Assembly (NCBI GenBank): GCA_000004985.1
Contig: GG738916.1
Length of the DNA stretch: 64,000 nt
Direction: 5' to 3' (one strand)
Source of the DNA: Naegleria gruberi
Taxonomy: Eukaryota
Positions 1-11,581 of the stretch are shown here, in pieces (the stretch's first letter is position 1; every line of letters begins with the position of its first letter). The position numbers and the translations under genes are program-made. Under the pieces are notes generated by a model, which was not told the DNA's origin, made no database searches, and worked only from the letters and a program-made list of their open reading frames with translations.

Positions 1-1204
1 AATCAGTAATTTTTGAAAGTTGGGATATGTGATGCATACATCCACTTTTCATTACTACTTTTCTTAACTCTAAATAGGTTAGATTTTGGACTTTTTCACA
101 GAATTTTCGTATTACATATTCATCTATTTCAGTTCCTTGTTTTGTATTTAGAATGCATAAATATTTCAAATTAAGAAAGTTACCCTCACTCAATTCAGAG
201 AATGTATTATTGTCAACAGGACCAATTTCTAGGTGAGTGAGATTATTTTGAAGAGGTAATAAACATCTGTAAGGTAAATCTACTTCCAATTTTGATTGAA
301 AACAAAGTTTTTGGAGTGTATGAATTTTTCCAATTTGTTTCACACATTCACTATTTAAATGTGAGTGAAGAAAAGTCAATTCTCTCCATGAATTACCACT
401 ATTCAACACATTCATAATTGATTTTGTCGACATCTCCAAATCTATTGAAAAAGATTCAAGATTTGGTAAAATTGAACTATTAATTGGTGCTATGTATGAA
501 ATATTGTCTTTTTGAGATGATTCTGGAGGTCTTGCAACAAAGTTAATATGTTTCAAAGTTCTAATATTTCCTGGTTGAGTCAATATTTGATTAACACCTT
601 CATCTCCAATTCGATTACGAAGTGTAAGATGTGTTAGACGAGTCAACTTTGATTTGGTCAATACAAGTGTTGCCTTATAATCAAGTCCATTATCAATTAA
701 TGTTAGATCTGTTAAATTTAGTAAATTAGTGCATATAGTTCTTAAATTTTCAACTTCCATTTGAACACTTATTAATTTCAGTGTTGTAATTGGTGAAATA
801 TCTTTAGCAGGAATAACAATTGTAATAATATTAGTATTTTGTAATGTCAATAATTCCAGTTTTTTTGAATTGAATAACTTTTTAAAAAAAGATCTGTTAA
901 GAAAAATAGTTTCCTCAAATTCTGGAAAAGTTCTTATTTCCATTTGTGAGAATATTTGCAAGAGGTCACCTTTCATCAATCCACTCATTTCCTCCTCATC
1001 ATTTAATGATTCAAATCTGTATCTTGCTGATTTATGCTTCACATTTACACACTTGATTTCTCTAGTATCACTTTCTTTTACAATTCTTCTCCACTCGGAA
1101 CAAACTCCAGCAAAAGCAATCAAAGTATGCCAATTAAAATAGGGAATAATAACATTGCAAAATATATCTTGACTCAATTGTAATATTTTGGAATAAATCA
1201 TCAT
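1..1204 (-). CDS. F-box-like/leucine-rich-repeat protein, 5' part only (ATG at 1204, runs off the left edge); near-identical inverted copy of the gene at 30410-32128
   Basis: Reverse-complement translation from 1204 gives MMIYSKILQLSQDIFCNVIIPYFN...VCSEWRRIVKESDTR...LTHLTLRNRIGDEGVNQILTQPGNIRTLK..., matching residue-for-residue (a few substitutions) the 572-aa ORF at 30410. There are no internal stops down to position 1. An F-box-like motif is followed by LRR-like L/N-rich repeats. Confidence 0.7.
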   Translation of the reverse strand, partial: MMIYSKILQLSQDIFCNVIIPYFNWHTLIAFAGVCSEWRRIVKESDTREIKCVNVKHKSARYRFESLNDEEEMSGLMKGDLLQIFSQMEIRTFPEFEETIFLNRSFFKKLFNSKKLELLTLQNTNIITIVIPAKDISPITTLKLISVQMEVENLRTICTNLLNLTDLTLIDNGLDYKATLVLTKSKLTRLTHLTLRNRIGDEGVNQILTQPGNIRTLKHINFVARPPESSQKDNISYIAPINSSILPNLESFSIDLEMSTKSIMNVLNSGNSWRELTFLHSHLNSECVKQIGKIHTLQKLCFQSKLEVDLPYRCLLPLQNNLTHLEIGPVDNNTFSELSEGNFLNLKYLCILNTKQGTEIDEYVIRKFCEKVQNLTYLELRKVVMKSGCMHHISQLSKITD

Positions 1205-1469
1205 GTTAATACTATTATCTGTTGTTGTTGTGCTATTACTATCGGTTGTTGTGTTATTATTGATGGATTGATAGTGGGTACTTTCTCTAGAAAAACAACA
1301 GAATGATGGACAACAAGTTGTCAACATGCTCTCTTATTTTTTTTTGAACCTTAACTCCATTTTCCCCATTTTTCTTTTGATTCGGCAAAATACACAAAAA
1401 CGTACAAAAATGTAAAAAATATTACAACGATGACTTTTGAAAGAGTTTACCAAAACCGACTGTTAAAAA
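1205..1469. promoter_or_regulatory. Putative bidirectional promoter between the divergent LRR gene (-) and NHL/EGF gene (+); duplicated at 30190-30409
   Basis: A 265-bp AT-rich spacer between two divergent start codons. The same spacer sequence (aaaatggggaaaatggagttaaggttcaaaaaaa...) is conserved in the mirror copy. Confidence 0.3.
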
Positions 1470-2753
1470 ATGAAGAGAGCTCGAGATGAAATGAGAAGCG
1501 CAAACAACATTGTCCTGTTATTATTCTTGTTGATGATGATGACAATCTTTTCCACAACAACAACAGCAGCAACTACAAGTTCCACCACTAAATTATCATA
1601 TATTTCAACAATTGCAGGAAGTGGATTAATATCAGCAGCAGGTATGGAAGGAGATGGTGGTTTGGCTATCAATGCCCAATTAAATTCTCCCTCCTATTCA
1701 ATAAGTATTTCCCCTCTCAGCAATAATAATTACACTGAAACACTTATTGTCGATACACAAAATGGAAGAATTAGAAAAATATTTATGAATGGTACAATTT
1801 TCACATTACCAATTAATATGCAAACAGGTAACAAGTTTAAACCAACCATGGCTGTTTTATTTAGAAATGAATTATACATGACAGATGTGTTAAATCATAG
1901 AATTCTTTCTGTTTGCCTTTCACGTTATTTGGTGACCATTGTTTCTGGAAAGCAAAACTGTAATGAACATTCTGATTGTGATGGTTTTAGTGGTGATGGT
2001 GGTTTAGCTAGTAGAGCAAAATTAAATTCACCTAATGGTCTCTCTATTTCTCAGAATGGTGAAATTTACATTGCTGACACATTGAACCATAGAATCAGAA
2101 AGATTAATAGTTATGGAGTGATTTCAACTATTGCTGGAACTGGTAGAGCATCCTTTGGTGGTGATGGTGGATTTGCTGTTCTTTCACAATTAAACTCTCC
2201 AAATGGTGTTCATATTTCACAGAATGGTGAAATTTACATTGCTGATACATTGAACCATAGAATTAGAAAGATTAATAGTTATGGTGTGATTTCAACAGTG
2301 GCAGGAACTGGTAGAGCATCATTTGGTGGTGATGGTGGTTTGGCTATAAACTCTCAATTGAATTCACCATATGGCGTCCATGTTTCACAGAATGGTGAAA
2401 TTTACATTGCTGACACATTGAATCATCGAATTAGAAAGATATTTGTGAATGGAACTATTACAACCATTGCTGGAAGTAGTAGCGATGGATCATTTGGTGG
2501 TGATGGTGGTTTGTCAATTGCGAGTCGACTTAATTCTCCTAAAGGTGTTTTTGTTTCTCCAAATAATAATGAAATATTAATTGCAGACACATCAAATAAC
2601 AGGATTAGAAAGATCATTGAATGTGGTACAACTCTTCAATTTACACAAGATTTCAATGGAGCTATGAGTTGTGTGAATACATGCAATGGAACACGATCCA
2701 ATTCAAAATCAGTTTGTAATGGCAATGGTATCTGTAATGGTTTTAATGAATGT
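1470..2753 (+). CDS. Duplicated 5' fragment of the NHL-repeat/EGF membrane protein gene (signal peptide, NHL repeats, first EGF repeat), truncated by the gap at 2754
   Basis: The ORF MKRARDEMRSANNIVLLLFLLMMMTIFSTTTTAATT...NHRIRKI x6...CNGNGICNGFNEC runs into the N gap. It is nearly identical to 3142-4325 and to the 5' end of 23566-30189. It may be a true tandem partial duplicate or an assembly duplicate. Confidence 0.55.
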
Positions 2754-2803
2754 NNNNNNNNNNNNNNNNNNNNNNNNNNNNNNNNNNNNNNNNNNNNNNN
2801 NNN
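2754..2803. other. Assembly gap (50 N)
   Basis: Run of N. Confidence 1.
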
Positions 2804-3120
2804 CACCGAATAGTCACTGAATGTTTACCATATAATAACCGAATGGTTACTGAATATTTATTGAATAGTTACCCACCAATTTCATTCCTTTACCCAACAA
2901 TCAACCGACTACCAACCAACTAACACTGAACTAAAACGGTCAGGCGATTATGGGCTGATATTCGATTAATTTCTGGAAAATCGTTCAGTTATTTTCGGAA
3001 ACAAGTTGGGGGAAATTAGGGTTGTAGTCGGTGGTAGTAGGGTTGTGGATGGGGTTTAGACGGAACATAGCCAACTAAAAACCAACTATAACACTGTCTA
3101 TTACCCAAGTACTCCACTCT
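2804..3120. repeat. Compositionally atypical 317-bp segment at a contig end, with internal ccgaatRgtYactgaat-like direct repeats; possible repeat-element terminus or misjoin
   Basis: It is GC-richer than its surroundings (gggggaaattagggttgtagtcggtggtagtagggttgtggatggggtttagacgg) and contains repeated accgaatagtcactgaat / accgaatggttactgaat motifs. It replaces the promoter/5' sequence seen upstream of the other two copies of the same gene start, and sits immediately after a 50-N gap. Confidence 0.3.
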
Positions 3121-3141
3121 TAGGAGAGAGCTCGAGATGAA

Positions 3142-6100
3142 ATGAGAAGCGCAAACAACATTGTCCTGTTATTATTCTTGTTGTTGATGATGACACTCTT
3201 TTCCACAACAACAACAATAGGATACTTTTCGTATGTGAAAGCAACAACTGCAAGTTCCACCACTAAATTATCATATATTTCAACAATTGCAGGAAGTGGA
3301 TTAATGGCAGCATCAGGTATGGAAGGAGATGGTGGTTTGGCTATCAATGCCCAATTAAATGCTCCCTCCTATTCAATAAGTATTTCCCCTCTCAACAATA
3401 ATAATTACACTGAAACACTTATTATAGATACACAAAATGGAAGAATTAGAAAAATATTTATGAATGGTACAATTTTCACATTACCAATTAATATGCAAAC
3501 AGGTAACAAGTTTAAACCAACCGTGGCTGTTTTATTTAGAAATGAATTATACATGACAGATGTGTTAAATCATAGAATTCTTTCTGTTTCTCTGTCAAGT
3601 TATTTGGTGACCATTGTTTCTGGAAAGCAAAACTGTAATGGACATTCTGATTGTGATGGTTTTAGTGGTGATGGTGGTTTAGCTAGTAGAGCAAAATTAA
3701 ATTCACCAAATGGTCTCTCTATTTCTCAGAATGGTGAAATTTACATTGCTGACACATTGAACCATAGAATCAGAAAGATTAATAGTTATGGAGTGATTTC
3801 AACTATTGCTGGAACTGGTAGAGCATCCTTTGGTGGTGATGGTGGATTTGCTGTTCTTTCACAATTAAACTCTCCAAATGGTGTTCATATTTCACAGAAT
3901 GGTGAAATTTACATTGCTGATACATTGAACCATAGAATTAGAAAGATTAATAGTTATGGTGTGATTTCAACAGTGGCAGGAACTGGTAGAGCATCCTTTG
4001 GTGGTGATGGTGGTTTGGCTATAAACTCTCAATTGAATTCACCATATGGCGTCCATGTTTCACAGAATGGTGAAATTTACATTGCTGACACATTGAATCA
4101 TCGAATTAGAAAGATATTTGTGAATGGAACTATTACAACCATTGCTGGAAGTAGTAGCGATGGATCATTTGGTGGTGATGGTGGTTTGTCAATTGCGAGT
4201 CGACTTAATTCTCCTAAAGGTGTTTTTGTTTCTCCAAATAATAATGAAATATTAATTGCAGACACATCAAATAACAGGATTAGAAAGATCATTGAATGTG
4301 GTACAACTCTTCAATTACACAAGATNNNNNNNNNNNNNNNNNNNNNNNNNNNNNNNNNNNNNNNNNNNNNNNNNNNNNNNNNNNNNNNNNNNNNNNNNNN
4401 NNNNNNNNNNNNNNNNNNNNNNNNNNNNNNNNNNNNNNNNNNNNNNNNNNNNNNNNNNNNNNNNNNNNNNNNNNNNNNNNNNNNNNNNNNNNNNNNNNNN
4501 NNNNNNNNNNNNNNNNNNNNNNNNNNNNNNNNNNNNNNNNNNNNNNNNNNNNNNNNNNNNNNNNNNNNNNNNNNNNNNNNNNNNNNNNNNNNNNNNNNNN
4601 NNNNNNNNNNNNNNNNNNNNNNNNNNNNNNNNNNNNNNNNNNNNNNNNNNNNNNNNNNNNNNNNNNNNNNNNNNNNNNNNNNNNNNNNNNNNNNNNNNNN
4701 NNNNNNNNNNNNNNNNNNNNNNNNNNNNNNNNNNNNNNNNNNNNNNNNNNNNNNNNNNNNNNNNNNNNNNNNNNNNNNNNNNNNNNNNNNNNNNNNNNNN
4801 NNNNNNNNNNNNNNNNNNNNNNNNNNNNNNNNNNNNNNNNNNNNNNNNNNNNNNNNNNNNNNNNNNNNNNNNNNNNNNNNNNNNNNNNNNNNNNNNNNNN
4901 NNNNNNNNNNNNNNNNNNNNNNNNNNNNNNNNNNNNNNNNNNNNNNNNNNNNNNNNNNNNNNNNNNNNNNNNNNNNNNNNNNNNNNNNNNNNNNNNNNNN
5001 NNNNNNNNNNNNNNNNNNNNNNNNNNNNNNNNNNNNNNNNNNNNNNNNNNNNNNNNNNNNNNNNNNNNNNNNNNNNNNNNNNNNNNNNNNNNNNNNNNNN
5101 NNNNNNNNNNNNNNNNNNNNNNNNNNNNNNNNNNNNNNNNNNNNNNNNNNNNNNNNNNNNNNNNNNNNNNNNNNNNNNNNNNNNNNNNNNNNNNNNNNNN
5201 NNNNNNNNNNNNNNNNNNNNNNNNNNNNNNNNNNNNNNNNNNNNNNNNNNNNNNNNNNNNNNNNNNNNNNNNNNNNNNNNNNNNNNNNNNNNNNNNNNNN
5301 NNNNNNNNNNNNNNNNNNNNNNNNNNNNNNNNNNNNNNNNNGCCAATTCTGTGAAATTCCAATTTGTAATGGAACAATGGCAACTGATGCTTTGGTTTGT
5401 AATGGCAATGGTACATGTATTCAACCAGATATATGTAATTGTACTTCAGAATGGGGTGGACAGTATTGTGAAATTCCATATTGTAATGGAATATTGGCAA
5501 ATAATATATCTGCTTGTGAAGGACATGGTAACTGTATTAGCCCAAATATTTGTGAGTGTAATTCGACATATGGTGGAGAATTTTGTGAATCTCCAAAATG
5601 TAACTTTACACTGGCAACTGATCCTTATGTATGTACTGGAAATGGAGAATGTATTCAACCAGATGAATGTATTTGTAATACCAATTGGACTGGTCAATTC
5701 TGTCAAACTCCACTTTGTAATGGTACGAGTGCAACTGATGCATTGGTTTGTAATGGAAACGGTCAATGTGTGAGTCCAAATATTTGTGAATGTAATTCAA
5801 GTTGGTCAGGAGAACTTTGTGAAATTCCAATTTGTAATGGAACTTTGGCCATTGATGAATTTGTGTGTAGTGGTAATGGTGCATGTATTGGTCCAGATGT
5901 TTGTGAGTGCAATTCTACATGGGGTGGACAATATTGTGAATCTCCAAAATGTAACTCTACACTGGCAACTGATCCTTATGTATGCAATGGTAATGGAGAA
6001 TGTTTTCAACCCAATGAATGTATTTGTAATTCAAATTGGACAGGTCCATTTTGTGAAATTCCAATATGTAATGGTATTAAGGCTACCAATGATAGTAATT

Positions 6101-8006
6101 CAACTTTAACCACCAATGAAACAGTGGTGTGTAGTGGAAATGGTCTTTGCATTCGTCCAGACGAATGTTTATGTAATTCAAATTGGGCAGGTCAATATTG
6201 TGAAATTCCAATATGTGGAGATGTTTTGGCAACCAATGAAACAGCATGTAATGGCAATGGTAAATGTGTTCAACCAAATGAATGCATTTGCGACTCAAAT
6301 TGGACAGGTCAATTATGTGAAACTCCAATATGTAGTGGTATAATTTCCACTAATATATCTGTTTGTAGTAGAAAGGGTGATTGTGTTGGTGCCAATCTTT
6401 GTATCTGTTTAACTGGTTGGGGAGGTGAAGATTGTTCCACACCAATTTGTAATAATATTCTATCTACCAATGCTACTACCAATACTGATAGTAATGGAAC
6501 TATAGTTAGCAATAATACATTGGTGTGTAGTGGACATGGTGAATGTACTAGTCCAAATCAATGCAATTGTAATTTAAATTGGGGTGGTAAACAATGTGAA
6601 ATACCTAAATGTCAAGGTATTTTGGCTAATAATGAGGCAGTTTGCAACTCTAGAGGATATTGTGTCAATGAAAATCAATGTCAATGTAATGAAATGTGGG
6701 GAGGTCAATTTTGTGAAATTCCATTTTGTAATGGAACTTTAGCCACTGATTCAAATGTGTGTAATTCATTGGGAGTATGTGTTGGTCCAAATCAATGTAA
6801 ATGTCTCTCAGGTTGGGGTGGTAAACTATGTACAATACCATCATGTAATGGAATTCTTGCATTTGATGAGAATGAAGTGTGTATCGCAAAGAGTAATGCA
6901 TGTAGTGGAAATGGAAAGTGTATTGATCTTAATCGATGCAAATGTGACAAAGGTTGGACTGGACCATTATGTTCAACACCAACATGTAATGGAACATCGG
7001 CCACTGAACTAACTGTTTGTAATGGTTTTGGAGTGTGTGTTGCACCAGATACGTGTAATTGTTATAGANNNNNNNNNNNNNNNNNNNNNNNNNNNNNNNN
7101 NNNNNNNNNNNNNNNNNNGCAACACCAACATGTAATGGAATTGTTGCCACAGATCCAAACGTGTGCAATTCAAGTGGTGTTTGTGTCGATTNTGATAAGT
7201 GTGAATGTTTTTCTGGTTATGGAGATGCATTCTGTGGCACTCCAACTTGTAATGGAATTCTAGCAACTCAAATTAATGTAGAAGTAGCTGTTTGTAGTGG
7301 TCGTGGAGTGTGTTTGGGACCAAATAAGTGTGTCTGTGAACCGAATTGGGGTGGTTTCATGTGTAATATTCCAAAATGCTACGATATTGAAGGAGACAAG
7401 AAAGGTGCTTGCTTTGGAAATGGTGATTGTATAGCAGTTGACTCATGTAAATGTTATCAAGGTTATATTGGTTATGATTGTCGTACTGTTGCTCCTGATA
7501 ATAATTGTGGTGGATCAGGTTCAGGAACTACTTTTTGGGATGTTGTCTTGGAGGGTATGAAGATAATTCGTACAGTGTTATCCGGTGCAGTGTCACTAGC
7601 TAGTTCAATTAGTGATGTTATTTCATCCTTAGGAAAAGGTTTGATTGACCTTCTTGGAGGAATTGTTCCAAGCATTGCAAATATTTTCAGCTCCATTCCA
7701 AAATTAATAGAGAAAATTATTTCCTTTATTATCAGTACGGCAGAGAAGTTTATTAACTTTATTCTCGGTTTATGGACAAAGATATTAGATTTTATATCAT
7801 GGTTATTGACCTATCTTCCAAAAATATTTTCTGGAGTTACAACTCAACAAGTGGCAACAGTTTTGATTGTCATTGGTGTTGTCATACTTTTAATCATTAT
7901 TTGTGTATTGTTGTATTTACTTAGTCCATATGTTACATTGGTACTTGAATTTTTCAAAATTATTACCAGTTTTTGCTCAGCTCGTAAGAAGGCACTTAAG
8001 GAGTAG
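3142..8006 (+). CDS. NHL-repeat/EGF-like-repeat type-I membrane protein, left-arm copy, interrupted by gaps 4326-5341 and 7069-7118; paralog of 23566-30189
   Basis: It reads: signal peptide MRSANNIVLLLFLLLMMTLFSTTTT; six NHL repeats (GxGxxGxxGDGGxAxxAxLNxPxG...DTxNxRIRKI); a gap; then more than 30 EGF-like units of the form C-N-G-T-x-A-T-D-x-x-V-C-x-G-N-G-x-C-x-x-P-x-x-C-x-C-N-S-x-W-x-G-x-x-C; a gap; then a C-terminal TM helix (VATVLIVIGVVILLIIICVLLYLL) and a short tail before the stop at 8004-8006. It is in frame on both sides of each gap. It lacks two EGF units present in the right-arm copy. Confidence 0.75.
4326..5341. other. Assembly gap (1016 N). The mirror copy shows about 3 kb of coding sequence here, including the GPS-like region, so the gap size is underestimated
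   Basis: Run of N. In the intact paralog, aa ~400-1000 lie between the corresponding flanks. Confidence 0.9.
7069..7118. other. Assembly gap (50 N), coincident with the point where inter-arm identity drops
   Basis: Run of N. Confidence 1.
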
Positions 8007-8133
8007 TACAATTATAAACCATTTAGTTGTTGTTTCCAATAATCTCAAAAATATTAGATTTTTTCCCTTGGTCAACCAAAGTTTTCTTGATTAGTTTCAA
8101 AAGAAAAGAGACAATAATAAACAAATTCTCAAT

Positions 8134-10147
8134 TTATTTAGGTACCAACTTTTTCTTTTCAATAGAATCGCCAGAACAACAACATCTTGCAACACAACAG
8201 CAACAAATTGTCAATGAAATGGTAATCAATACAAATAAAACTGATACACCAACAACAACAGCAATAACTCTGTTTGTGTTAAGTGAAGAAGTATCAAGGA
8301 AATCTATAAAGATGAAAGAATCCAAAAAGTCAACAATAACTTGCTTCACTTTGTAGTAAACATATAAAAGTTCACCCCAGAAACTACTTGCTGGTGCTTT
8401 GTTATCAACTAATGTACCATTGGATGCAATGTAAAAATCATACTCAACTACGAGTGAGGAAGTATAGGTACCACAAGTGAGAGTCATCATTGCATAGCCT
8501 GTGAAATTTTTGGTTGGATAAATTGTAATTGAGTTTGTATCAGAATTTGACAAGGATACATAAGTTGGTGTAAATGAAGGTGTAGATGATTCAAAGAAAC
8601 AACCTTGTTGAGTTTTAGATTTAACTACACAAGATGTTGATAAACAACTGACAAGAGTTGGTTGTGAATTGTCAGTTGTCAATATTGTCATGTTACCAAC
8701 AATTTTCAATGAAACTGATGCTAATGAAACACCTTTAAATGAAATTGAAGAAAGAACTGTTGGATCAGTTGGTTCAACAGTAACTGGAATAAAAGATGCT
8801 CCATTACGTGTTTCACCTTTGAAAGAAACACGTTTAAGCATATTATCAGGCCAAGTATATGCTAATATTTGTGTATCTGCATCTCCTTTGATTAATTGTG
8901 GGTTAGAATCACCACCATCAGTATATCTCTCTATATAGATACAATTTGGTTCCTTGAAAAAAAGTTTGGTAGAAATGACTGGATTGGAGTTGATTGAATT
9001 TTCTTTGAAATTATAAATTTTAAAATTTCCAGTTATAGAACCACAAGTAGTTGATAAAGTAAGACTATTTGAAGTTTCAGTGGATTTCCAGCAAGAATTC
9101 CTTCAATATTGCTACCAATAATAATAGGTTCAGTTGAATCTATACCTAAATAACCAAATCCTAGAATATTTTCAGGCCTACTAATGGCATGTGAAATACA
9201 TCCTTTGAAGCAATGATGGATGCTTGTAAATTCAAATCTGAATATTCGGCAAATTTGGCCAAGAAAGAAGCTCTACTTGCAGCATGGGCCTCTAAAATAC
9301 GTCTAGTAATAGAGGCATTATCAAAAGAAGCTACAGTATAAGCAGGGGAACTTTCACAACCAGTTGAAAAGTGTACCATTGATTGAATTTCTGAGAGTTC
9401 AGGAAGTGTAACATCAAAATTACAACTACCTCTTGGTGATTGACAATTATATTTGATTTCACTGTTTTTAATATTGCTGACCTTAATCCAACCAATCTTT
9501 GAAATATCAGAAACGTTAAAACCATTTACTACTGAAGAAGGTAGTAAGTAAAAATCTGATTTAGATGTTAAATCAATAACTGAATAATCTGCAACAAATG
9601 GAAGGGTAGTTGAATTTAAATCCATAATGAAATTTAAACCAGTGTAACCAATTGGAATTGATGCTTGATTATTTACAACTGAAACTTGAGAAGAACTTCC
9701 TTGATATTTAACAGTAATAAAACCGCTATAGGTAGGAGGATCCAATTTACAAACTTTGAAACGTCTAAAAGCTTCAAATGCCAAATTATAACAAGAAGTA
9801 CTATAACCTGGGTCAGTGTTTGGAATACTAAAAGAAACGGTGTTCAAATAGTTATTACCTGTAAAATCAGGTGGAGAACAAACATTGCTTTTTGAGCAAG
9901 CAGAAGTATATCTTGGAATTGGATCATCTGTATAATAACAACTAGAAGATGATAATTTAACAATAAAATCCATTCCAAGTGTAATATCAACAATGGAATT
10001 GTCATCTGTAATCTTGAAACAAACTTTGTCATTCAATGTTCGGGTATAACCAGTATCAACAGAATAAATACAACTGGTTGAATTATTGGCACCAAGGCAT
10101 GACTTTTGTTGACCTTTAGAAAGTGCTATTGGAAGACACTGTTCATA
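8134..10147 (-). CDS. Paralog of the Cys-rich type-I membrane protein at 11582-13639. It is disrupted (frameshift near 9100, internal deletion relative to the paralog, N-terminus lost in the gap at 10148), so it is a possible pseudogene or assembly error
   Basis: Two ORFs (9161-10036 and 8134-8841) plus 10037-10147 translate to YEQCLPIALSKGQQKSCLGANNSTSCIYSVDTGYTRTLNDKVCFKITDDNSIVDITLGMDF...CYNLAFEAFRRFKVCKLDPPTYSG...SPRGSCNFDVTLPELSEIQSMVHFSTGCESSPAYTVASFDNASITRRILE... and then ...AYTWPDNMLKRVSFKGETRNGASFIPVTVEPTD...TM(VIAVVVGVSVLFVLITISLTICCC). These are colinear with the 709-aa paralog, but continuity requires a +/-1 shift at about 9095-9105. Confidence 0.5.
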
Positions 10148-10642
10148 NNNNNNNNNNNNNNNNNNNNNNNNNNNNNNNNNNNNNNNNNNNNNNNNNNNNN
10201 NNNNNNNNNNNNNNNNNNNNNNNNNNNNNNNNNNNNNNNNNNNNNNNNNNNNNNNNNNNNNNNNNNNNNNNNNNNNNNNNNNNNNNNNNNNNNNNNNNNN
10301 NNNNNNNNNNNNNNNNNNNNNNNNNNNNNNNNNNNNNNNNNNNNNNNNNNNNNNNNNNNNNNNNNNNNNNNNNNNNNNNNNNNNNNNNNNNNNNNNNNNN
10401 NNNNNNNNNNNNNNNNNNNNNNNNNNNNNNNNNNNNNNNNNNNNNNNNNNNNNNNNNNNNNNNNNNNNNNNNNNNNNNNNNNNNNNNNNNNNNNNNNNNN
10501 NNNNNNNNNNNNNNNNNNNNNNNNNNNNNNNNNNNNNNNNNNNNNNNNNNNNNNNNNNNNNNNNNNNNNNNNNNNNNNNNNNNNNNNNNNNNNNNNNNNN
10601 NNNNNNNNNNNNNNNNNNNNNNNNNNNNNNNNNNNNNNNNNN
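10148..10642. other. Assembly gap (495 N)
   Basis: Run of N. Confidence 1.
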
Positions 10643-10971
10643 TATTTATTTAGTAAAAATTGTGTAATCGGCAATTTAAATGTGCGAATGACTTTTGTGG
10701 CTCAATGGCTTGGTTGACTACCTACCTACGCTTTGGTGTGGCCACAACATGAACCACCTGGATTGTTGACTGGGATCCACACTCTTTTCACAACAATTTA
10801 CTCCCACAACGTGTATCAGAGAAACTAAACTAAAGGTACGAAACTAAACGAAACCAACCTAATCATCAAAGTTAACAAGAACATACAATTAGAATAACAA
10901 AATCACAATTGTACCATTCCTTTTCAACCAATTATTGATTGTGTTTTTCACAAATTCTTAAATTGATAAAA

Positions 10972-11430
10972 ATGAGCAAAATCCAAGAGACATTTTGTCC
11001 TGCCATTGAACAGTTGGATCTTACATTGAAAAAGTACAATTTTATTTCTCTATCTAAAGTGATTTATTTATACACATGGGTATCTTCAATTACATCAACA
11101 ACAATTGCTGCCACTTGTCTAATTTTTATGTTTTGTATAATGATTAGTTCCATTCCCGATATTTTCAAAACTAATGGAAAGCTTGGTAATTTTTTAGAGA
11201 AACGAAAGACAACCTCTACCATGTGGAGGATATTGACACAATACTCAATTCTATTACTTTATAGCTTTTGGACAGTTTTTACAAGAACATTTTCATGTGT
11301 ATTTTATATCGTTTCATCCATTCCTTTATTAATTCCATTATTAATGTACATGATAACTCTGTCAACTTATCGATTTTTATTACAGGAACTCACAGTAGTG
11401 GTTTTACAAATATGTAAAGGAGATTTCTAA
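10972..11430 (+). CDS. Hypothetical small multi-pass membrane protein (about 152 aa)
   Basis: The ORF starts at ATG 10972 (MSKIQETFCPAIEQLDL...) and contains 3-4 hydrophobic segments. I recognise no family. The track start at 10939 is a TTG. Confidence 0.4.
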   Translation: MSKIQETFCPAIEQLDLTLKKYNFISLSKVIYLYTWVSSITSTTIAATCLIFMFCIMISSIPDIFKTNGKLGNFLEKRKTTSTMWRILTQYSILLLYSFWTVFTRTFSCVFYIVSSIPLLIPLLMYMITLSTYRFLLQELTVVVLQICKGDF

Positions 11431-11581
11431 TAAATTATTGGATATCTATTCATTGAAATATTGTCATGATTCAATAATTTGGGTAGCAATCATTAAACAC
11501 CACAAGAGATTCTAACAGAATTTTAACTAATCTGTACGAAATCTTGAATGATCAAATCAAATGAAACTAATCTTTAAATGT

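Larger units (their letters stand above)
1..8006. repeat. Left arm of an inverted segmental duplication (mirror of 23566-32128)
   Basis: Gene order and sequence from 1 to ~7068 are the reverse complement of 24400-32128 at roughly 98-99% identity (MKRARDEMRSANN... vs MKRALDEMRSANN...; EGF repeat blocks identical over hundreds of residues). Identity falls to ~75% aa over the final ~0.9 kb (7119-8006 vs 23566-24400). Confidence 0.8.

Noticed and set aside
870-1142. The 90-aa ORF MNNFLKKDLLRKIV... on + (and its twin at 30475-30747 on -), plus the 69/75-aa ORFs MIAKPPSPSIP... at 1463-1672, 3120-3347 and 29987-30196
   Set aside because: They are antisense to the LRR gene and to the NHL gene signal-peptide/NHL region respectively. 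They are duplicated only because the underlying sense genes are duplicated.
4256-5773. Multiple ORFs (352-505 aa, both strands) across 4256-5773 and 10106-10717
   Set aside because: They are open only because they run through N gaps (4326-5341 and 10148-10642).
10700-10790. A possible tRNA in the GC-richer block (tggctcaatggcttggttgac...)
   Set aside because: It cannot form a cloverleaf with a T-loop GTTCRANYC or a D-loop consensus, and it lacks A/B box spacing.
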